The translations under genes were made by a program, and so were the position numbers. A stretch of DNA of 64,000 bases from Isoptericola halotolerans (GTDB lineage: Bacteria > Actinomycetota > Actinomycetes > Actinomycetales > Cellulomonadaceae). Under the pieces are notes generated by a model. It was not told the DNA's origin. It made no database searches and saw nothing but the letters and a program-made list of their open reading frames with translations. Every line of letters begins with the position of its first letter. Within the stretch, counting starts at the first letter, position 1. This document shows, in pieces, positions 9,813 to 17,442 of this stretch. The stretch is from NCBI RefSeq assembly GCF_013149785.1, contig NZ_JABEZU010000001.1, positions 1,302,001 to 1,366,000 of the forward strand. The letters are read 5' to 3'.

Positions 9813-11338
9813 CGCGCCCCGGTCGGGACGGACGGCCCGCCGCCGAGAGGCCGGACGTGCCGCAGCGCCACCAGGCACACGATCGTCGCGACGACGATGG
9901 TCGCGCCGGCCACGGCGGCGGCGAGGTTCATCCCGGCGGTGAAGACCTCCTGCGCGGCGCGGACGGTCGCCGCGGGCAGCCGGTCGGCGACCGAGAGCGC
10001 GCCGGTGAGGCTGCCGGTGAGGCGTTCGGCGGTCTCGGGCGAGGTGCCGACCGGCACGGTCGTGCGGCCGGTGTAGAAGGCGGTGGTGAGGCTGCCGAGG
10101 AGCGCGACGCCGACGGCGACGCCGAGCTCCTGCACGGTCTCGGACATCGCGGCCGCGGAGCCGGACCTCGAGGCGGGTGCCGCACCGACCACCATGTCGG
10201 TACCGAGGGCCGACACCGCACCCAGGCCGAGGTACACGAACGCGAACCCGACCACGACGCGCGTCATGTCCCCGGCGTCGACGGTGGCGAGCAGGCCGTA
10301 CCCGACGACGGAAACCCCGAGCGCGAGGGCCATGACCACACCGGGGCGGACGCGGCGGGAGAGCAGCGGGGCACCGATGGCGGCGGCGAACATCGCCATG
10401 GCGGGCGGCCCCATCCAGAGGCCGGCGACGAACGGGGTGAGGCCCTGGACGAGCTGGAGGTACTGGGTGACCAGGAACATCGTGCCGCCCACGCCGACGA
10501 GCCCGATGAGCAGGACGGCCAGCGCCGCGGAGAACGCCCGGTCGGCGAACAGGGTGACGTCCAGCAGGGGGGACACCAGGCGCCGCTGGCGGCGGACGAA
10601 CATCACTCCGGCGGCGAGGCCCAGTGCGGCCAGGACGGCGGTGCTCGTGCCGGGCCCCTCGGAGGCGGCGTGCTTGACGGCGTAGACGACCGGGAGGATG
10701 GTCGCCAGGGACAGGGCGACGCTGATCAGGTCGAGCCGCCGGGGCTGCGGGTCGGCGTACTCGGGCAGCAGCGTCCTCGCGCCGGCCAGGACGACGATCG
10801 CGACGGGGACGGCGAGCAGGAACGCCGCACCCCACCAGTAGGCGTCGACCACGGCGCCCCCGACCACGGGGCCGGCAGCCATCCCGAGCGCGAACATGGT
10901 CGCCCACACCCCGATCGCCACGGCGCGTCGCCGCACGTCGGGGAACATGTTGGAGATCAGCGACAGGGTCGACGGCATGAGCGTCGCCCCGGCGACACCG
11001 AGCAGCGCGCGGGCCAGGATGAGCAGCTCGGCACCGGGGGCGAAGGCGGCGAAGACCGACAAGGCCGCGAACGCCGTCATGCCGATCATGAGGAGGCGGC
11101 GACGTCCGATCCGGTCGCCCAGTGTCCCCATCGTGATGAGGAACCCGGCGATGAAGAACCCGTAGGCGTCCATGATCCACAGGGTCTGTGCCGGGGTCGG
11201 GTCGAGGGCGGTGGCCATGCTCGGCAGCGCGAGGTAGAGCACCGTGACGTCCAGGCCCAGCAGCAGCGTCGGCAGGGCCAGGAGGCTCAACCCTGCCCAG
11301 GCGCGCGCCTCTGTCCTGCGCGTGGTGACCGTCGACAC
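9809..11338 (-). CDS. MFS drug/H+ antiporter (DHA2, 14-TM type)
   Basis: Motifs GLDVTVLYLALP, WIMDAY, GTLGDRIGRRR and LMPSTLSLI. GTG start follows a GAAGGGA RBS. Confidence 0.9.
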   Translation of the reverse strand: MSTVTTRRTEARAWAGLSLLALPTLLLGLDVTVLYLALPSMATALDPTPAQTLWIMDAYGFFIAGFLITMGTLGDRIGRRRLLMIGMTAFAALSVFAAFAPGAELLILARALLGVAGATLMPSTLSLISNMFPDVRRRAVAIGVWATMFALGMAAGPVVGGAVVDAYWWGAAFLLAVPVAIVVLAGARTLLPEYADPQPRRLDLISVALSLATILPVVYAVKHAASEGPGTSTAVLAALGLAAGVMFVRRQRRLVSPLLDVTLFADRAFSAALAVLLIGLVGVGGTMFLVTQYLQLVQGLTPFVAGLWMGPPAMAMFAAAIGAPLLSRRVRPGVVMALALGVSVVGYGLLATVDAGDMTRVVVGFAFVYLGLGAVSALGTDMVVGAAPASRSGSAAAMSETVQELGVAVGVALLGSLTTAFYTGRTTVPVGTSPETAERLTGSLTGALSVADRLPAATVRAAQEVFTAGMNLAAAVAGATIVVATIVCLVALRHVRPLGGGPSVPTGAR

Positions 11339-11358
11339 GGTGGTCCCTTCGTCGGATA

Positions 11359-11393
11359 CTTGAACGATCTCACAACTTGAATCATCGTTCAAG
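11359..11393. promoter_or_regulatory. Candidate TetR operator upstream of the MFS-tetR operon
   Basis: AT-rich 10-bp inverted repeat CTTGAACGAT (11359-11368) / ATCGTTCAAG (11384-11393), plus an inner palindrome CTTGAA-N6-TTCAAG. Confidence 0.55.
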
Positions 11394-11984
11394 AAAGAGC
11401 GTTGGCGACCACCACGCTCGCGTTCCACCCGTTGTGCGCCAGGAAGACGGGCCACAGGCTGTCCCACCGCACCCGCAGCCAGACCAGCAGGAGCCCGACG
11501 AGGGCCGTCGTGACGATGCTCGCCGGCTCGACGACGAGCTCCGGGCCGCTCTGTACCGCCAGGCCGTGGCCCAGCCCGAACAGCAGGGTGGAGATCACCA
11601 CCGACCAGCCGACCTGGCCGCCCCACATCGAGCGGCGGGCGCGCAGCGCCCGGTCGAGCAGGAGGAGCAGCACCCCGCGGAAGAACAGCTCCTCGTCCAG
11701 GCCCGGCACCAGCGACTGGAACAGCGAGGTCTCGAGGTCCGGCGTCAGCCCGGTGCTCAGGGGGCCGATCAGGGCCTGGAGGCCCAGCGCGCCGCCGACG
11801 ACGCCGACCACCGGGACCCACCACCCTGCACGCGGTCTGCGCACACCGACGTCGCGCCACGACAGCGACGGGCTCAGGGTGACCAGGACGGCCAGGAGCA
11901 CCACCAGACCAGCGGCCCGACGACGACGGTGACGACGGCGAGGTGCAGGACCCCGGTGGCGAGCGCCCATCCCAGGGCGCTCAT
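11389..11984 (-). pseudogene. CPBP/CAAX (Abi) intramembrane protease, frameshifted near the 5' end
   Basis: The C-terminal frame has EELFFRG, LFGLGH and AHNGWN motifs. A hydrophobic N-terminus (MSALGWALATGVLHLAVV...) starts at ATG 11984 in another frame and stops at 11874. Confidence 0.6.
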
Positions 11985-12100
11985 GCGGTGGTGGTGCGTT
12001 CGGCGACGATGGTGACGGCTCCAGAGGTGCGGCGGGCTCAGGAGAGGATCGTCTCGCCGACGTGCGCTGCGGGGGAGTGCCGGAAGTCATGGGACGGACG

Positions 12101-12148
12101 AGAACGAGGCCCGCACCCGGACAGATGTCCGTGTGCGGGCCTCGTTCT
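12101..12148 (-). terminator. Hairpin terminator downstream of tRNA-His
   Basis: 16-bp arms AGAACGAGGCCCGCAC / GTGCGGGCCTCGTTCT with an inner CGGACA/TGTCCG stem. Confidence 0.7.
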
Positions 12149-12149
12149 G

Positions 12150-12226
12150 TGGGGTGGCTAACCGGGCTTGAACCGGCGACCTCCTGGACCACAACCAGGC
12201 GCTCTACCGACTGAGCTATAGCCACC
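12150..12226 (-). tRNA. tRNA-His(GUG)
   Basis: GGTGGCTATAGCTCAGTCGGTAGAGCGCCTGGTTGTGGTCCAGGAGGTCGCCGGTTCAAGCCCGGTTAGCCACCCCA: GTG anticodon, G-1 and encoded CCA. Confidence 0.97.
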
Positions 12227-12283
12227 ATGGCTGCGACAACGAGTGCCTCAGCCGTCGAAAAGTGTACATGCTCCGCCGGGCGA

Positions 12284-12922
12284 TCAGGACATCGCGGGAC
12301 GGTTCGTGACCGAGGTCTCCTCGATGCGTGCGGCGACCGCCCTGGCTGTCCTCGTGTCGGGTCCGGGCTGCGGCACGAGCAGTGCCTCGCGGTAGTAGCG
12401 CAGCTCGTCGATCGACTCCAGGATGTCGGCCAGCGCCCGGTGCCCACCGTTCTTCTTCGGCGAGGCGAAGTACACGCGCGGGTACCAGCGGCGCGCGAGC
12501 TCCTTGATCGAGGAGACGTCCACGATCCGGTAGTGCAGGTGCCCGACGAGCTCGGCCATGTCCCGGTCGAGGAACATCTTGTCCGTGCCGACCGAGTTGC
12601 CCGCCAACGGTGCCTTGCCGGCCTCGGGGACGTGCTCGCGCACGTAGGCGAGGACCTGGGCCTGCGCGTCGGCCAGCGTGGTGCCCCCGTCCAGCTCGTC
12701 GAGCAGGCCCGACGTCGTGTGCATCTCGCGGACGAAGTCGTTCATCTGCGCGAGCGCCTCGGCCGGCGGCCGGACGACGACGTCGACGCCGTCGCCGAGC
12801 GGGTTCAGCTCGGAGTCGGTGACGACGGCGGCCACCTCGACCAGCGCGTCGGCGCGCAGGTCGAGTCCGGTCATCTCGCAGTCGATCCACACGATGCGGT
12901 CGTTCGGGTTGCTCGGGCTCAC
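12284..12922 (-). CDS. orn: Oligoribonuclease
   Basis: DEDDh exonuclease motifs IVWIDCEMTGLD, LAGNSV, HYRIVDVSSIKEL and HRALADI. Confidence 0.96.
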   Translation of the reverse strand: MSPSNPNDRIVWIDCEMTGLDLRADALVEVAAVVTDSELNPLGDGVDVVVRPPAEALAQMNDFVREMHTTSGLLDELDGGTTLADAQAQVLAYVREHVPEAGKAPLAGNSVGTDKMFLDRDMAELVGHLHYRIVDVSSIKELARRWYPRVYFASPKKNGGHRALADILESIDELRYYREALLVPQPGPDTRTARAVAARIEETSVTNRPAMS

Positions 12923-13037
12923 AGGAACCAGCCTACGGTCTGTGGCGGGGCCTCGAGGCACGCGCGGGCAGCACGACGGAGCCCCGGCGGTGACGTCCTG
13001 CCACCACCGGGGCTCCCGGGGTCGTGCTGGTGCGAGG

Positions 13038-13229
13038 TCATGCCGTCCGCCATCCCCGGACGGGGAGGACGGCGACGAGGCGAAGCCGGAGTCGCCGGCG
13101 CTGCCGACGTCGCCGGGGCGCCGACGCCTGGACCTCGCGCTGCCGACGTTCGCGTCGGGCGCGCTCTGCCTCGGCGAGGCGTTCGTGGTGGATGGCGCGC
13201 GCGACGGCGTGCGCTTCGAGCGGGTGCAT
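13038..13229 (-). CDS. Small Arg-rich hypothetical protein (63 aa)
   Basis: ATG at 13229 preceded by a GAAGGAA RBS; MHPLEAHAVARAIHHERLAEAERARR... Confidence 0.5.
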   Translation of the reverse strand: MHPLEAHAVARAIHHERLAEAERARRERRQREVQASAPRRRRQRRRLRLRLVAVLPVRGWRTA

Positions 13230-13353
13230 CGTGATGTTCCTTCGTGACGTGGGTTCGTCGGTCCGGGCCAGGGACCACCCGACCGCCCGGCATCTGACCG
13301 GACGGGCGTCACCGCGGTGTGCTCCGAGCATGCCTCGGCGGGTGCCTCCCGCG

Positions 13354-13378
13354 CACGGCTTTTTCGCTGGTAGCAGCG
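13354..13378 (+). repeat. 25-bp direct repeat, copy 1 (left of MFS)
   Basis: CACGGCTTTTTCGCTGGTAGCAGCG; 23/25 identical to 14658-14682. Confidence 0.75.
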
Positions 13379-13410
13379 CGGCAGTGCCCGGGGCGCCTAT
13401 CGTGTGGCGG

Positions 13411-14613
13411 GTGCCGACGTCGAAACCCGAGCTCGCCCTGCGCACCCCGCAGTTCCGCACCCTGACCGCCGGGTGGGCGTCGACCAACTTCGCCGACTCG
13501 GTGCTCGTGCTGATCCTCGCCGTGTGGGTCACCGACCTGTCCGGCAGCGCTGCGCTCGGCGGCGCCACCTTCGCCGCGCTCGGCGTGCCGGCGCTCGCGG
13601 CACCGTTCCTGGGCCGCCTCGCCGACCGGGTGTCCCGCCGTCGGATGCTGGTGTGGACGTACGTGGGCGGGGCGCTCGTGCTGCTGCCGCTGCTCGGGGT
13701 CTCCCGCGCCGAGCACGTGTGGGTCGTCTACGTGGTCACCGTGCTCTACGCGACCGTCGCCTACGTCACGGCCGCGTGCCAGTCGGGGATCCTCAAGGAC
13801 CTGCTGCCCGACGAGGCGCTCGGGCACGCCAACGGGCGGCTCACGGCGATCGACCAGGTGTTCCGCATCGCCATGCCGGTGCTGGGTGCCGCCGTGTACG
13901 CCTGGGTCGGGCCGGCGCCGCTGGTGGTCGCGGCAGTCGTGGGGTTCGGCGCGTCCGCCGCCGTGTTCGCCGCGGTGCGGATCACGGAGTCGGCGCCCGA
14001 CGACGAGGTGCCGGCAGGATTCTGGGACGAGGCCACCGAGGGGTTCCGTTACCTCTTCTCCACGCCGCCGCTCGGCGGCATGACCACGGCGATCCTCTGG
14101 GCGATGGCGGCGGTCGGGCTCGTCAACGCCGTCGCGTTCGCCATCCTCGAGCACCTCGGGCTGGCGGCCGCGCTGCTGGGACCGATCACCGCGCTGCAGG
14201 GCGTCGCCGGGCTGGCCGCCGGGCTCGTCGTCGGGCGGCTGATGCTGCGGTTCGGGCGCCTGCGGGTGTTCTCGCTGGGCCTCGTGGGCCTCGGGCTGGG
14301 GCTCGTGCCGCTGGCGGGGTCGTGGATCGTCCCGGCCGTCCTGGGCATGGGCGTCATCGGCTTCGCCGCCACCAGCGCCGTCGTGGCGTACGTGACCGAG
14401 CGGCAGGTGCGCACCCCCGCCCGGATGCAGGGACGCGTCGGGGCCGCCAGCCACGTGGTGCTCAACCTGCCCGGCGTGCTGGTGACGCTGGCCGGGGCGG
14501 CGGCCCTCGCCGTCGTCGACCACCGGGTGCTCGTGGCGGTCAACGTCGCCGTGTGTCTCGTGTGCGGGCTGGCCGCGCTGCGGCTGCGTGCCCCCGCGAC
14601 GGCCGCGGACTGA
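13411..14613 (+). CDS. MFS transporter (DHA3/EntS-like)
   Basis: About 12 hydrophobic segments, motif A GRLADRVSRRR, and EATEGFRYL and RTPARMQGRV. Start approximate. Confidence 0.85.
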   Translation: MPTSKPELALRTPQFRTLTAGWASTNFADSVLVLILAVWVTDLSGSAALGGATFAALGVPALAAPFLGRLADRVSRRRMLVWTYVGGALVLLPLLGVSRAEHVWVVYVVTVLYATVAYVTAACQSGILKDLLPDEALGHANGRLTAIDQVFRIAMPVLGAAVYAWVGPAPLVVAAVVGFGASAAVFAAVRITESAPDDEVPAGFWDEATEGFRYLFSTPPLGGMTTAILWAMAAVGLVNAVAFAILEHLGLAAALLGPITALQGVAGLAAGLVVGRLMLRFGRLRVFSLGLVGLGLGLVPLAGSWIVPAVLGMGVIGFAATSAVVAYVTERQVRTPARMQGRVGAASHVVLNLPGVLVTLAGAAALAVVDHRVLVAVNVAVCLVCGLAALRLRAPATAAD

Positions 14614-14657
14614 CGATGGGCCCGCGCGGCGGCATCTCTCGCCCGCCTCGTCGCGCA

Positions 14658-14682
14658 CACGGCTTCTTCGCTGGTGGCAGCG
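14658..14682 (+). repeat. 25-bp direct repeat, copy 2 (right of MFS)
   Basis: CACGGCTTCTTCGCTGGTGGCAGCG. Confidence 0.75.
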
Positions 14683-14708
14683 GCTCGCCACGTTCGCGAC
14701 CAGTTCGG

Positions 14709-14782
14709 CGCCCCCGGCAGGATTCGAACCCGCGACCCGGTCATTAGAAGTGACCCGCTCTATCCGACTGAGCTACGGAGGC
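14709..14782 (-). tRNA. tRNA-Arg(UCU)
   Basis: GCCTCCGTAGCTCAGTCGGATAGAGCGGGTCACTTCTAATGACCGGGTCGCGGGTTCGAATCCTGCCGGGGGCG: anticodon loop CTTCTAA (TCT). CCA is not encoded (CCG follows). Confidence 0.95.
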
Positions 14783-14844
14783 AAGCGTGCCGAGTTTAGC
14801 CCAGCGCCGAGAGCATCGGAACACCCATCCGCTAGTCTCGGGTG

Positions 14845-15276
14845 ATGGTGCAGCACCACACGAAGGACAAGGGTGACCTGGGCGTTGCCAAGGCCCACGC
14901 CGACATCGTCGGCCAGGGCTTCGTCGTGCTCTTCCCCGCGACGGAGCACGCGCCGTTCGACGTCGTCGCCTACGCCGACGGTGCCTTCTACCGGCTTCAG
15001 GTGAAGTACCGCGCGGCGCGCTCGGGCTCCATCACGGTCCACTTCCGGTCTGTCTGGAACGACCGGCAAGGAACGCACACGAAACCGGTCGACAAGAGTG
15101 CGATCGACGTCGTCTGTGTCTACTGCCCCGAGACAGACGCGTGCTACTACGTCCGGCCGAGCGACCACGGTGCGTCGGTCACGCTGAGGATCACTCCGAG
15201 CAGGAACGGTCAACGGGCCGGCGTGCTCGATGCCGCCGGCTTCCGCAGTCTCGCGAACCTTGTCGGACATCGCTGA
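14845..15276 (+). CDS. Group I intron-associated-type PD-(D/E)XK endonuclease (PDDEXK_5 / I-Ssp6803I-like), free-standing
   Basis: TKDKGDLG...PFDVV...RLQVKY...IDVVCVYCPETDACYYV. A TAGTCT -10 box lies 6 nt before ATG 14845, suggesting a leaderless mRNA. Confidence 0.8.
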   Translation: MVQHHTKDKGDLGVAKAHADIVGQGFVVLFPATEHAPFDVVAYADGAFYRLQVKYRAARSGSITVHFRSVWNDRQGTHTKPVDKSAIDVVCVYCPETDACYYVRPSDHGASVTLRITPSRNGQRAGVLDAAGFRSLANLVGHR

Positions 15277-15375
15277 GTCCGGTCGGCCGGGGTGCCGCGG
15301 GCGAAGGTGCGGCGTCGGCGACCGGTACGGTCGAAGGGCCCGCACCATCCCCCGCACTGCCCCGAGAGGACCACC

Positions 15376-15696
15376 ATGGCGAGCTCCGAGCTCAAGCTCC
15401 AGGTCGACCTGCCCAGCGAGCACGAGGCGGGGGTGCCCGCGGACTTCGCCTCGGTGTGGCACACCTCGGCCTCCTTCGTGCTCGACTTCGTCGCCGCGAA
15501 GTCCCCGGCCAAGGCGGCGGTCGACAAGACGACCGGTGCCCAGACCGGAGGGCGCGTGATGCCCGCCCGGGTCGTGTCGAGGGTGCGGATCCCGCCGCAG
15601 CAGGTCTTCGAGCTCGCGCGGGCGCTCACGCAGCAGCTGGACGCCTGGGAACGGGAGACCGGCCGCAAGGCCGACGGCTCCGGGGCGAGGGACTGA
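15376..15696 (+). CDS. DUF3467-like protein
   Basis: GVPADFASVWHT...FVLDF...RVVSRVRIPP pattern; GAGAGGA RBS. Confidence 0.7.
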   Translation: MASSELKLQVDLPSEHEAGVPADFASVWHTSASFVLDFVAAKSPAKAAVDKTTGAQTGGRVMPARVVSRVRIPPQQVFELARALTQQLDAWERETGRKADGSGARD

Positions 15697-15786
15697 ACAC
15701 ACCGTTCACCCGTCGGGAGCGAGAGAAGTCGTGGCCGCACGGCGCGCGCGTTTGGCAGCGACCGCCGGGCACGCCAGGATGAGCGC

Positions 15787-17442
15787 GTGACATCCTCCAC
15801 GCGCGCCCCTCGCCTGCGCGGCGGGCGGCCGGACGCTGCTGCGGCCGAGGAGCTCGGCCTCACCGTCCACGACGTCGCCCGCGACCTGCGCCGCGACGTC
15901 GCCGACGTCCGCCTCCCGCTGCCGATCGACGGTGCGGACGAGGCGTCGGCGTCGCGCGACCGGCTGCTGGCCCAGCTCGACGAGCACCTCCTGCCGCGGC
16001 TCGCCGAGCTGAGCTCGCCGGCCGTCGTCGTCGTGGCGGGCTCGACCGGCGCGGGCAAGTCCACCCTCTACAACTCCCTCCTCGGCGAAGAGGTCTCGCA
16101 GGCGGGCGTCCTGCGCCCCACCACGCGCGAACCGGTCCTGGCCTTCAACCCGGCCGACGAGGACGTCATCGCCGAGGGCCCCATCACCGAGCTGTCGCGC
16201 GTGATCCGTCACGACGGGGTCCCGCGGGGCACCGCCCTGCTGGACGCGCCCGACCTCGACTCCTTCGTGCAGGAGAACCGTTCCATCGCCCAGCAGCTCC
16301 TCGAGGGTGCAGACCTGTGGCTCTTCGTCACCACGGCGTCGCGCTACGGTGACGCCCTGCCGTGGCAGGCGCTGGCCCGCGCGACCGAGCGGGGCGCCTC
16401 CGTGGCGATGGTGCTCAACCGGGTGCCCCAGGCCGACCTGACCACGATCCGCGGCGACCTCATGACCAGGCTGCGCTCGCACGGCATGACCGACACCCCG
16501 CTGTTCGTCGTCCCCGACGTGGGCCCGCACGAAGGGCTGCTGGACGAAGCGGTCGTCCGGCAGATCAAGCGGTGGCTCAACATGCTCGCCGGGCCGGACA
16601 GGTCGCGGGCCGTGGTGGTGCGCACCCTCAAGGGGTCGCTCGCGGCGCTGCCGGGATGGGTCACCTCGCTGGCCGACGCCGTCGAGGCGCAGGCCGAGTC
16701 GGCGACGACGCTGCGTCGCACTGTCGAGGCCGAGCGTCCCGCCGCCGAGAAGCTCGCCCGGGACGCGGTGGCCGCGGGCGTCGTCGCGGGGGCGTCGGTC
16801 GAGGCCCGTTGGCGCGAGCTGTCCGGCACGGCCCGGATCGACCGCGTCAAGATCCGCGGGGACCGGGCGCGCAGCTCTCGCCGGGCCGGTCGCGCCCGCT
16901 CCGAGGCGCTCGAGGTGCTGCGCGACGACGTCGAGGCGGCTGCCCAGCGCACGCTCACCGCGTCCGGAGCACGGGTCGAGGAACGGCTGCGCGCGGTCCT
17001 CGACGGTCCGGCCGCTCCCGCCGGAGGCCGGTACGCCGCCCCGGAGACCGACGGCCGTGCCGAGGCTCGCTCGCGCGCCGTGGGACGGGCCGTCGCCTCG
17101 TGGGTGGCCGGCTCCGACGAGCGTGTGGCGGCCCTGCTCGGGCCCGATGCCGGCGCGCCGGCCCGGGCTGCCGCGAAGAGCTTCGGCGAGCGTGGCCTGG
17201 CGACCCTCCTGCTCGCTGCTGCCGCCGGCAGCGACGACGCCGGCCGGCTGCTCGCCCGCGTGCTCGGGGACGTGGCCACGGCGCCCGTGGCGTCGCTGCG
17301 GGACGACCTCGCCGACCGGGCTGCGGCCATGGTGGGCGCGGAGATCGACGCGGTGCTCGAACGGCTGGACTCACCCGACCTGGCCGACGACGCCGCCACC
17401 GCGCTGCGCCTGCGGCTCGCCGAGCTGAGGAGACTCACATGA
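15787..17442 (+). CDS. Dynamin-like GTPase, DynA-type (pair 1)
   Basis: G1 GSTGAGKST, G2 RPTTR, G3 LLDAPDLDS, ADLWLFVTTASRYGD and G4 VLNR, followed by a helical C-terminus. Confidence 0.82.
   Translation: MTSSTRAPRLRGGRPDAAAAEELGLTVHDVARDLRRDVADVRLPLPIDGADEASASRDRLLAQLDEHLLPRLAELSSPAVVVVAGSTGAGKSTLYNSLLGEEVSQAGVLRPTTREPVLAFNPADEDVIAEGPITELSRVIRHDGVPRGTALLDAPDLDSFVQENRSIAQQLLEGADLWLFVTTASRYGDALPWQALARATERGASVAMVLNRVPQADLTTIRGDLMTRLRSHGMTDTPLFVVPDVGPHEGLLDEAVVRQIKRWLNMLAGPDRSRAVVVRTLKGSLAALPGWVTSLADAVEAQAESATTLRRTVEAERPAAEKLARDAVAAGVVAGASVEARWRELSGTARIDRVKIRGDRARSSRRAGRARSEALEVLRDDVEAAAQRTLTASGARVEERLRAVLDGPAAPAGGRYAAPETDGRAEARSRAVGRAVASWVAGSDERVAALLGPDAGAPARAAAKSFGERGLATLLLAAAAGSDDAGRLLARVLGDVATAPVASLRDDLADRAAAMVGAEIDAVLERLDSPDLADDAATALRLRLAELRRLT

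Noticed and set aside
12284..13312. N-terminal extensions given by the ORF track for orn, bioY, the MFS genes, EIIB, pepN and others
   Set aside because: The extensions are low-complexity read-through of upstream DNA. Starts were reassigned using RBS or leaderless -10 signals and family N-termini.
14709..14782. Group I intron in tRNA-Arg
   Set aside because: The tRNA is contiguous (74 nt) with an intact anticodon loop, and the nuclease lies outside it on the opposite strand.
9198..14782. Integrative element or prophage at tRNA-His or tRNA-Arg
   Set aside because: I found no integrase and no duplicated tRNA 3' end (att site) within the window.
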